A stretch of 64,000 bases of DNA. Origin: Podarcis filfolensis. Its lineage: Eukaryota. The DNA lies in assembly GCA_964270895.1 (NCBI GenBank), contig OZ185435.1; one strand, given 5' to 3'. The notes beneath the pieces were generated by a model. The model had not been told where the DNA came from. It saw nothing but the letters and a program-made list of their open reading frames with translations, and ran no database searches. Position numbers and translations under genes: made by a program. Positions 50,298 to 61,310 of the stretch are shown piece by piece (the first letter of the stretch is position 1; each line of letters opens with the position of its first letter).

Positions 50298-53169
50298 TAA
50301 GGAGCAGCCTGACCATCTGACCATCTAATAGGGCAGCCTTAGAAAGAGAGGTAGCAAAGAGCTCTGGAAGTTGGAGCAGCACTTTTGTTTCTGGAATTCC
50401 ACACAACATCTGGATTGCTGAAAGAGAGCTTGTCAAATGGGACGAGAGGGGAAGGGAATTCTTGGTGGAAAGACCAAATGTGTATTGGTTTATACTGTTA
50501 AGGATGGCACAGCAATATTCATGTTTAGAATGATTATGCCATAGTCATTTCCCTTCAGTTGGAACTGCATCAAATTTCTACATCACAGGCCTTGAATGCC
50601 TATTTTTCTTTTCTCAATTGCCCTTCAAAGCAGGGCATTTATTAACTTGGTTATGGTATGATTGGATTATGTTCTTTCCAGCTCTGTTAAAGAGTTGCTT
50701 GTTCTATGTGGAGTGTTGTTGCATGGTAGATATTTAAGTTTTAAAATTTTGCATTATTGTTCTTTTCATCTTCTGCTTTTTTTCTTTTTAACTGTAAGTC
50801 ACTTTGGATGGGCATCTTTCCCCAAAACAGTCTAAAAGTATTATTATTAATAATAATAAATTATTTATTTTAGGGTACCTGTATCTATATGATCACAGAC
50901 TAAGTTCTTGCAAATCTGACACTGATGTGTGCGCATGAGGTTTTGACTCAATTAAGGGGCTGCAAACTGTTTTGGTGGGTCTATGGCTTTAAGCGAGCCA
51001 GTGTGCAGTTTCCCTTCAGAAAGGACTTTGCGTGCTCATTAGCATATCAATACCCACAATGCTCTTCCAGCTCATTTCTGTTTCATTGTGCTGCTGGTGT
51101 CAGTTCTCTGGAACAGCTGAAAACAACCCGATTTGCACGTGCATGTGTGTGTGTGAATGCATCATTTTCTCTCTCTGGCTTAGTCAATATTAGGGTATTA
51201 GGATTCTACCTAAAAGGGAGGATTTGGGGCAAGTTACCCATATCTCATCTGAACCACACAGCACAGAAAAAGAGATAGGTCCATCCATGGCCACCCAAAC
51301 AAATTGTGAAATCTACTACAAAGGACCGCACAGTTCCTGGAAAGCAGTTCCCTGCTTTCCCCCAAACAAAGAAAGAGCAGTGAGAAATATGGAACCTTCA
51401 ACATTATCCCATTGCCATATCAGATACCACAAGTGGTAATGTGTCCTAGCTGTGGGGTGATGCTTCTCAGAAACAAGACCATGGAATGTTTATAGATGCA
51501 TCTTTCTTTTCAGTAGATTCGTTTTAAATTCAAGAAATTGGATGCAACCAAAGTGTATATGGATGCCACACATTTATCAAATAACAGAGAATAGACATGG
51601 TTCCTTTCTGCTCTGTAGAATGAGAGGAATCTTATGGTATTTTTTGTTTTGTTTTTCTAAAATGCATATTAACAGAACAATAGGTTACTATCCAGAAGTG
51701 TTTTTAAGAAACGGGCAAATCATGATCTCAAGGCACATGCTGCAGAAACCTTGCTGAAGCTCTGCAGTTATGAATTTAAGTGGTAGGTTAACAGGAGACC
51801 ACCTGGATGCCATGCTGAACTCCTCTGGAGAAAGATGGGATTTCATCTCCATATGAAAATGAGTATGTCTACAACTTTGAAACTGGATTTGCTCATTTTC
51901 ATCTCTGATTACCTTTGCCTGTCTTTCTCCTCTCTCCCTATGTTACTGTCAAAGTGTAAATACTTAGTTCCCTGGATTGGGGATCTTATTTGTGAAACTG
52001 TAAACCATAAACACTGAATTGTGTCAATGAATTAATAATGCTGTTATCTGGTGAATTTCATAATACTGTTACATTTCACTTTCATATAAAGTTGCCTTTT
52101 CCCTATCCCAATAAAGGGGGGACTGGTACAGCTACTCATTTGTTTCATTAAATAAGATGGTCACAGATTTGAGTGTGAATGTTTACCTCTTAGATTTCCT
52201 TCTTTCAGTTTAGCCCTGGTACTAGGCAATGGCCAATGTTTATTCTTTCTCCCCTTAAACACCTGACTCTATTGAGAGATGTAAATAAAGCTAGCCAAAT
52301 TTCTCTCTCCTGCTCCTTGTTAAAGGCTATAGTATTGCTTTCTTTTCCTCTGCTTCTTGATCTGTACACATTATGGCGATGCTTAAGCTCTGCGCCACTC
52401 CATATGAAAATGTCCCTCCTTTCCCTGAAGATATATTAACCACTTTACTATTCTTGTCTGATTGTGCCTCAGGGAAAATGTTGATGGATCCCACACAGTG
52501 TGAATCTATTATAAAGATAATCTGATGCTATTTTGGTTGCTCAGAGAGGTCTTTTTTCCTTTCCTTGCAAACACATAACTCCCACTCGTATTAAACGTGC
52601 AAAGGGGGAGAGGAGGGGTTGCATCCCCAGGGTTTGGAAATGTGTTGCTATCCTTCTCAGTTGATTAAATCCTGGTAAGTATAGCTGTTTAGAAATCAAG
52701 CTGGCATTTAATTAAAATACAATAGGCCCTTTTCCTGCAATGCCAGTTGTGAATCTGGAGGCCTGGTCATACAGATGCTAATTTAATGAATATTCATATA
52801 TCATGAATATTCAGCAGGTGCCACAGCAACGTTCTTTTGTGCTCTGCTGATTCACCAGGTCCTACTGGCACGGCAGATGGCAAATGCTGAAGGAGGGCGG
52901 CTCCTGAGAAGGGGCATGGGGTGGAATCCTTGGTCTTAGACAGGCTGCATTTGTCTGTAAGGCTCTTAGAACAGGCAAAAGACAGGAGACTAGCTGGCAA
53001 AAGGCCTTGGTGTGTGGGTAAAAAAAGAAAGAAAGAAAGCTGGACCTATTGTTGCCATAAGTAGACATCTTTAAAAGTTGTGCTTTAATTCTGTTGTATA
53101 TATAACCCTGTTGTTGAAATTCACTTTGTGTTAGCTACCTTCAGAATTCCTGGGCATGTCGACAGTGGG

Positions 53170-53400
53170 AACCTAAGAAGAGCCCTGGTGGATCAGGTCA
53201 AAGCATCAGCCCAGCATCATATTCTCACAGTGGTCAACCAGGTACCCATAGGAAGTTTGCAAGCAGACCCAGAATTCAACAGCATTCTCCGCATTTGGTT
53301 TTCCAGCAACTAATAGTCATGCTGCCACATACTCCATGAATTTGTCTAATCCTTTTTCAAAGCCATTCAAGTTGCTGGCCTGTACTCACTTCCACATGCA
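53170..53400 (-). mobile_element. CR1 LINE 3' end
   Basis: taagaagagccctggtggatcagg...ttctcacagtggtcaaccagg...tccatgaatttgtctaatcc...aaagccattcaagttg is the inverse of the CR1 3' end at 28210-28490. Confidence 0.75.
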
Positions 53401-55630
53401 CCTAAATCTATGAAGAACAGTCTGGAGCACAGCTTTGGAGAAGAACATGAATCTATGGCCTCAACCTCATTAGTGAGGTTCTTCATTGGAGGGGGCAACT
53501 CAGTGTGTGCTCCTGTGTGTGCATGTTGATGTTCTCTGCATTAAATGAATGAAGATGCTCTTGCACGTAAATATAACTTCTGGTCTCTGGACTAATGTGA
53601 CAATGCCCTATCTGTATGGAATGAATGGACCTGTTTCCTGCTTTCCATCTTACTTGCTTTCCATTGGAAGCAGCCAATAGATGCAGAGAGTCTTTTCATT
53701 TTCTTCGTGGCAGTGGTAGCTGAGAGATAGGCTTGATAGCTACCTAGGTCAGTGGTTTTCCAATTGTGTTCTAGAGAACCCAAGTGGTCCTTGTTTGCTT
53801 CTCAAGATTTCCTCAATGAATAGATCAGTAGTGGCAAATAAGAGTCCCTGAAGGACCACTATGCTATCATTATGGATTTCATCCTATAGGGTGCAGGTCA
53901 CAAGAGAGCACTGGGTATGTTTTTAAGTCAGGCATAGGGGACATGCAGCCCCCCAGATGTTGCTTGGCTACAGTTCTCATCACCTTTGACCATGCTAGCT
54001 GGGGTTGATACGATTTGGAGTCCAATACCATCAGGAAGTCCTATACCTGTTCTGAGTCAGGTCATGCTCTTAGCTCACATGGGGGACAGGTAAAGTCCAC
54101 AGGCCTCCCTGGACCTACATAAATTCAGGATGCACCCTTGAAAACAACCCCCTCAGTTCTTGGCAATGTGCTGGAGTTCTGTGTTGGATGGACAGGTTTT
54201 CCTTGGCAATACTGGTCAATATGCCATGGCTTTTCTGAAGGCAGAAAGTTGGAAAACCTATTATCACCTGGCACTAATTATGTTTTACTGAAGAAGAGAA
54301 AACAAGAAGACATTTGAAAAAGTACATGCTGCCAACGTGCTGTCTCTTAAGTCTTTGATATTCCTGTTTGCCTATTCAGTCATCCACATTTCATTGTTCA
54401 CCAGGCTTCAGCATGTGACATAATTACATACTCGAGGACAAAAGTGAATTATATCTGGGGATAAGATGTCAACTTCTGGTAAGCACACAGTACAATTCAC
54501 CTGACTCTGATAAACATTGATCCTGAGGTTTTCCACAGCTAATGGTTTAACCTTTCCTCAATCTCTTTGCAAAGTTTGTTTGCATTCACACCATAATGCA
54601 ATTAATCTGACAACTGATTTGACTGCACCTAACCAAGGCATGATGCCATTTCAAACTAACCTTCCCTTCACCTCTTCCTTAGCTCATATGCAAAACACAG
54701 TAGTCTTAAAGCATGGGGTTGTCAGACAACATAATGCCCTAGCATTTGCAGCAGCGCCTTTCAGTTTGGAAAGTGCTGAACAACTGCGACTAAACTAATG
54801 AACACATTCGCTCTGTTGACAATAACATTTTTGAAACTTAAAAGGCATGATTACACCAAGACAGAGGATTTCTAATTTCCTCTTTTGTCATTGCTTCCAG
54901 ACACTATTTGAGTATTTAAAATGTTCTTGCCCCATTCATATTCGTAACAACAACTCTGCACCATAGATGACTGGCCAATCTCTGAACTCTCATGGGTGAA
55001 ACTGTCCCTTGGGTGGCCAGCAACTGTCCCTTCAAAGGATGGAGCTCATTCCAGATGCTTGGTTGTCCACCTTCTTCCATTTCTTATCTATGGCTTTTTC
55101 AGTATAAGGATGATCATGGAGAACATATGAACAATGGTTTTTCTGTTGCTTCTGGGACATCAGGAAGTAACACGGGAAGGATGAGGTAGTTGCCAGAACA
55201 CTATCCTGGATGTGTCCTGCAGTGCTTGCTTGCTTCACCCCCGCCCTCTTTAACTGGAACTGAGCTTGAGATCTTATGCATTCAAAGCAAGTGGTCTACC
55301 AATGAACTATGACTCCCTTCCATTTCGTAATTGTCTCCTGAATGTTAACCAGATTTAATTGTGGAAATTTCTCACCAGTCACCCAAGTTATGGCTGTAAC
55401 AATGTGCTGCAAATTAAACCTCCATGTTCATAGACAACATATTTTGGGTTAACAGATGCTGGGGCAAAGTCTGTCACCACCACTTCGTGCCCTGCTTGTG
55501 ATGCTTCCCAGAAACAACTATCTTGCCATTGTTTGGCCTAGTGATGGACATTTGTTTGGATCCAGCAAGGCAATCCTCATGTACTCAAGAGGCATCAGTC
55601 ACTTGACTGTGTTCCAAAACCTAACCATTT

Positions 55631-55709
55631 AGGCTGCAATCCTAACCCTATCAGTCCCATTGCATTCAGTGAGCTTACTCCCAGATAAATGAAGTTAGGA
55701 TTGCAGCCT
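55631..55709. mobile_element. Tiny hairpin MITE-like element
   Basis: Perfect 16-bp inverted arms aggctgcaatcctaac (55631-55646) / gttaggattgcagcct (55694-55709) around an agtcccattgcattcagtgagcttact core. Confidence 0.65.
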
Positions 55710-56079
55710 TAGAGCTCTACTTCAGCCTACTATGTAATATTAACAAAGTTGTGTTTTTGGCAGAGTGGTGGTCAGGAACACAATTCCTGGCCGGATTGAT
55801 GAAGTCAAATAAACTTCATAAAAGAAGACAGACAAGGGGATGGGAATGGAGGAGGAATGTAAGTCCCTTCAGATCATGTGAGCAGGTGGCAGGGAAACTT
55901 CAAAACGTCTAAGCCTGTAAGCCTATACCCATTTACCTGAGAATAAACCCCATTGAACTGAATAGGACCATCTTCTGAGCAGACATCATAGGGTTGTGCT
56001 TCTCCTCTGAATGGCCAGAAGTCAATTTTCCAACACTTAACAAGTTGGACAAGGGAGAATACAAAGTGGAGTGACTTAC

Positions 56080-56185
56080 CTGTGCCTGACTCATACGTTA
56101 GGCATAGATTAACCCTTTATGAATTGCAGGAGCAGTATTTCCAAGTATAAACTTGGAAATGACCTTGATGAGAAGAAGGGCAGAA
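56080..56185 (-). other. Candidate exon (106 nt), likely non-coding or 5' UTR
   Basis: Minus strand has a ctaac branch motif, the tract atttgtttgtttccctctgttcttttcacag, and a CAG|gtaagt donor. All three through-frames contain stops; an ATG AGT CAG GCA CAG stretch runs to the donor. Confidence 0.4.
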
Positions 56186-56406
56186 CTGTGAAAAGAACAG
56201 AGGGAAACAAACAAATGTTAGGTGAGATTACAAGTGCTGAGCAATGCACATATATTCAAAACTGGTATAAGAAAATGAGGCTGCAGTAACCAAGTCAGAT
56301 CTCTGGTCCACATATCCAGTACTGTCCACTCTGACTGGTAGCAACTCAGTGCCAAGATATCAAGAAGAGAACTTTCCCCAGCCCTGCTACCCAAGATGCC
56401 TTGATT

Positions 56407-56542
56407 CAGTGCTTTTCAACATAGGTTCTTCAAATATTGTTGGACAAGAAGTCCCATCATCCACAGCCATCTCAGCCAACGATCATGGATCATGGGAACT
56501 ATAATCTACCAGCATCTGGACACCCTAGGTTGAAGAACACTG
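56407..56542. mobile_element. Older hAT-type MITE (136 bp)
   Basis: Ends cagtgcttttcaac / gttgaagaacactg with a degenerate 8-bp TSD ccttgatt / ctttgact. Confidence 0.65.
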
Positions 56543-59500
56543 CTTTGACTGGTAATGGCAGAGATTAAATCTGAGATCTAAAACATGTTCTCTATTGTTA
56601 ACTATCTTACCTTAGCTAATCAGCCAAGCACCATCTCCAAGATGGTACATCCGACTCTTTAAATGTGAATTTGTCCCAATAACACCTGAGCTGGAAGTAA
56701 CATGTCAGAGAGGGTTGCTTCCTAAAACCTTCTCTACAGAAGCAACTCATCTGATAGGCATTGGTTCCACCAGAATGCCTGCACAGCCCCAACCTCACCA
56801 CACCTTTGTCTCCTCCTCTCCTCCCAGTAAGCATCAGTGACATGCCTGTTGGGAGGCTAGCATTGCAGCTCTGCTCCACCAAGTGAGCTATTTCCATTAC
56901 TGCATCAATGGTTGGAAGATACATGCCCTCTACCCTTGAACTCTCTTGCCCTGGAGATTCACCCCAATCCGAGCCTGCCTTTTTCCCACCACCAAGCCCA
57001 GTGCTTATTTTCTGGGCGGGGGGTGTGATACGCAGGGGTACGCCTAAACATTTTGTGAGTCTAAGTTTGACCTCATTGAGGGGCAGCATTTCAATATGAG
57101 TAGGAAAATGAGAGTACCCCTAAACATTGTTTTAGGGAAAAAGCACTGACCAAGCCTACTTAGAATGATGCTGTTGTGATAGAGTGGGGTGGGGTGCGGG
57201 GAGAGATACACAATTTATATAAATATATATTTCCTGCAAATGATGAAATTAAGCTGCTCTGCAAATCCAATGCTCTCTCTTACCAGTTGAAGCAGTACAA
57301 GGGGGAAAAAACCCAGACATCCTTTTTTGCTTTGAGATATAAATAATAGAGCTCACTTGTCTCTTCTCTGGCATTTCCAGAGCTTCTTATATCAGAGCTG
57401 TGTCAAGAACCATGAAGCGTTACAACTTGACCAGGCTCTGACCCAGCACTAAGTCCTGAGCCCATCTTCCTTGGAGGCAACATGGTCAAAGGTATGAAAT
57501 GCCTTCCTTTGCAAAGAAAAGATGTTCCTGTTAAACAGCTGTAACCATTGCTGCTGCCGCCTCCTTTGGAACATTAAAACACACACACACTTTTTTCTTC
57601 TTCTTTCTCAAAAAATCACGTTTCATTTTCAAATGGCAAATCAGCCCTTCAAAGACTACAAGACAGGGTGATCAAAAATGAATCATCCAACTTTTTAAAG
57701 TATTTCTCCTTTCAATGGGAAGGAACGTGCCGCCTTTGAACTTTTACACTCTTGTGTGTTTTAGCTGCAAATCCTAAATGTAATGTTTAATAAATAATTC
57801 AGGACCTTATTTTTAGCAACAGGAGCCCAACAATTTGTGACTTTGGAAAAGTCTGCATGCCAAGACGACTCCATCTCAAGGAAACCTTATGTGACACGAA
57901 ATCTCTTAACTATTTTTACATCCTCGTTTAACAGCAACAACATTCATAAAGTGAGGCAGAAATGCGGGGAGCAGAGAAAGGGAGAAACTGCAAGAAATCA
58001 AGATGTGACAGATTTGTCCCTCCCTGTTTTCAGGATAAAATTTCACCAGTCACAGACCAAATCAGATAAATGGTCCACCTAGCTTTGTACTGTTCACATT
58101 GACTATCAGAGGCTCTCCAGGATTTCAGGCTAGGGTCTCCCATAGCTTTACATGGAGATGACAGAGATTGAACCAGTGGCCACTTGCTCTACCACTGAGG
58201 TACAAAGTACTCCAGAGTGATCAGAAGTGATTCTCCAGGTGGCATGGAGCAGCTATGCTAGCTGCCTGGCAGGTGGGTTGCTCTTGTTTACTGTGAGGGA
58301 CAAGGTGCTAAGGAGGACTGTGTGGTGCAAAAGCACTGGCAGAGCCTATCTGGCACTCCTGGTGGGGTGTTTGCACCCTGCCAACCTCCCCACCACCTTG
58401 ACCTTCCTCCTCTCCCTCCTGGTAAACAAGTACAACCTACCCATCAGCAAGATAATGCAGTGGCCCTACCCCGCTCAGCAAGCCACTTATGGGAATGATC
58501 TTTCTCAGCTTCCTATATAAAGCTTAATTATAATCTCAAGGAGGGGGGAAGTAAACCCTAATAAAACTGCCATTAAACCAACACAGCTATAAAGAAAACT
58601 ACATGCAACTTCTGTAATCCTGCTCCTTTGGAGTGACTCCTGAATCTGCAAATAGTCAAGGATTTAACGGCTGGATGATTTATATATATTTATATATGGT
58701 TCAGGATCTGTGTTTTTTGAAGAAATGTATCAGAAGACAAACAGAAGGTGGTGTGTTTCTCTCTCTCTTTAGTATCACAGTAAACTCAGAGTTTTGTTCA
58801 AATGAGAAGTGAATTGAACTGGCTCAGTCCTGGACATTTAAAAATGATGTGGCATTATTATCCAGCCTGCAAAGAGGACTAAAGCTTTGTCCTATAAGAT
58901 CCTGACTGGATCCAGAAAATATTCTTTCTGAATATTCCCTGAAGAACCATTACATAACCAGTTACCAAATTATGCGCCTTTAGATCACACTTTAAAAGCC
59001 TCATCAAAAGTGCACCTGTAAGGTAAGAAAATCACAAGTGGTTAAATATAAATGTGTAATCTTGGAGGGGGGGGACCTCAGTGAGCTCAGTTATGGAATA
59101 TTTATTTGTCTGAGGAAAGAGATGCATTAGTCATATAATCACATGTGGATTTTACCCTAGATTTATGTGCTTTTTAATGCAAGATTCAACCCAAACTACT
59201 TATTTTAAGTGTACCTTAGTGTGAGCCATTTGCAGGGGAGCTGTCATGCTCCAAATAATGTAGAAGCAAAAAATTAAATAAATGTCATCTGTTTCCCCTT
59301 GTAGAAACTTTGGTTCCATGTCTGAGACCAAGTGCTGGAGCACAGTGAAGGGCCACTTTCCACTTATTCCTTCATTACCTCATGACAGATACTAAAGGGT
59401 CCTTCCAAACTCACTAAGTAGAGAAGCCCCTAGTAGCCTCTGGCAAAATTTCAACTTGGATGCATTTGGGTGGGCTCGGTCTACTTTGGAGACTATATTT

Positions 59501-60564
59501 AGCCACATCAAAAAGCTGCTCTACAATTCAACATGACTGCCAGGATCTTTGCTCAAAGAGATGACTGGATGACAACAGCAAGGTGTGTCAGAGGTGGAAA
59601 GTGAAGCACACTCCCAGAACATGCATATACAATCATCTCCCACTCTCCCAATTTACCAGAGTCTCCATTTCCTCGTCCCTCTCTTTGGTATATCATTTAC
59701 TCCGTTTTCTGTCTGTTCTTGCCTGTTGGGTGTTCTTTGTTAGCATTTTGAGTTGCTAATTCTTCAGGCTTTCTGCACCTCCCGTAAAATTTCTAGGAGC
59801 TAGATGTGAGAGTGGAGAACAGGTCCACATCCTGTCTCTAAGCACATGCATGTAAATGCATACACATGAACACCAGGACACAAGAGTGTATTCCCAGCCT
59901 GCCATTTCACACATGGCAGCTGCTCCCAACTGGGGATCAGTGTTCCTTATTCTTGAGCTATTTTGCGCTGTTGATAAGCTATTTTAGGACAATTATGTTT
60001 CTTTTCTAGTCTCTCTTATTCTAATGAAAGAACATATGCCATTCTATTGCAGAATGCATGGATGCAAGTGGATGCAGCTGGGTTGAAATCTCATCCATAC
60101 AGGCATTCTCTTGATCTTTCTTTCTGAGTCTCTTGCTTCAATTACTATGTTGCTTAAATGGGATTGTTTCATTGTCTATTTTAATTACGGATTTATTTAG
60201 CTTATCGGGATTCTTTTATTCGCCATTTTAATTATGGTTGTTTATATTTTAATCTTTGCATTGCTAGTTTTTATACTTTGCAACTCTCTTAGAAACCTAT
60301 TTTGGCATTAAGCAGTATATAGTTATCATAATTTCCCCAAAGCATTATTCCCACCATGAAAACAGAAACTAATTTTCGGTTGCTTTCTGAAGCTGGGGGA
60401 GACATTTCTCCAATGTTTTCAGGAGGCCGCTACGTAGCTTACTGGATCCCACCAGAAGGGGCAGCCAGTAGAAGGCTGCGGAAATAGCCTCACACCATGT
60501 CCTACCAACCACTCTTCCTACAGTGCCTTGGGAGCAATGTACTGCAATGCAACATTGCTCCCAA

Positions 60565-60677
60565 ACATGAATCATGGAATTGCAGAGGTGGAATTGACCT
60601 CAAGAGTCATCTAGTCCAACTTCTTACGATGCAGGAATTACAGGTAACGAGAGATGGCCATCCAACCTCTACTTAAA
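60565..60677 (-). mobile_element. CR1-type 3' terminal fragment
   Basis: catgaatcatggaattgcagaggtggaa..gacc..agtcatctagtccaac...gatggccatccaacctctacttaaa resembles the inverse of a CR1 terminus with a (TTCTATGA)-like tail. Confidence 0.65.
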
Positions 60678-60734
60678 CTGCAGACTTGGGCCCACACAAA
60701 GTAGCAAGAGAAGTCTGGAAAGCAAGGTTAATGT

Positions 60735-61310
60735 CAAGCCAGGATCAGGCATGAGAGAGATCCAAGTCAAAGCAAAATCCAGGGGCAGCACAAAGATCCA
60801 GAAGCAACTGAGAAGATGCAGTAACAAGTGATCAAGGAAGCAAAGGGGTCATGTAGGGATCTGAATGGCACACATTGTTTCAGCAAACGGCAGATTCCAG
60901 CTGAAGGCTCATTAGCCTGGCCTCCCAGATCATATCCAATACCAGCTGCAGGTGCTGAAGTCTGTGCTAAAAGCCCTGTACCATTGCTCTCAATGAAGCC
61001 TTTACTCTAAAGTTGCTTTGTGACATTGGGTTCTCAGGTGTTTGCTCTGTCATCAGCTAGCTTCCAGGGCTTGGGCCTTCTGACTCCAACACTCTCAAGG
61101 GTTTGGGAGGGGTGACTTAGCCTCTGACTTGGCTGGAGGCTGCTCTGGTGGAGGTGAGGCCAGGAACCCATCCTGAATATCCTTCCAGGGCATCCTAAGG
61201 AGGCAGACCTGGGGATGGTCCTTCTGGCATACTAGAATCTTCAGCTCTGGTCTTGGGAGTTTTGTCTGCACAGCCAGGCTTTCAATCATCCATCTGGGTT
61301 CTTATGAGAA
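60735..61310 (-). mobile_element. Possible decayed LTR fragment
   Basis: Starts tgtcaagccaggatcagg with reiterated purine-rich gatcca/gtca motifs like lizard Gypsy-type LTRs. No TSD identified. Confidence 0.3.

Noticed and set aside
50053-50436. ORFs spanning 50151-50297
   Set aside because: Artefacts of translating the N gap.
56616-57089. 157-aa minus-strand ORF
   Set aside because: Random-looking composition, no recognisable domain and no convincing splice boundaries.
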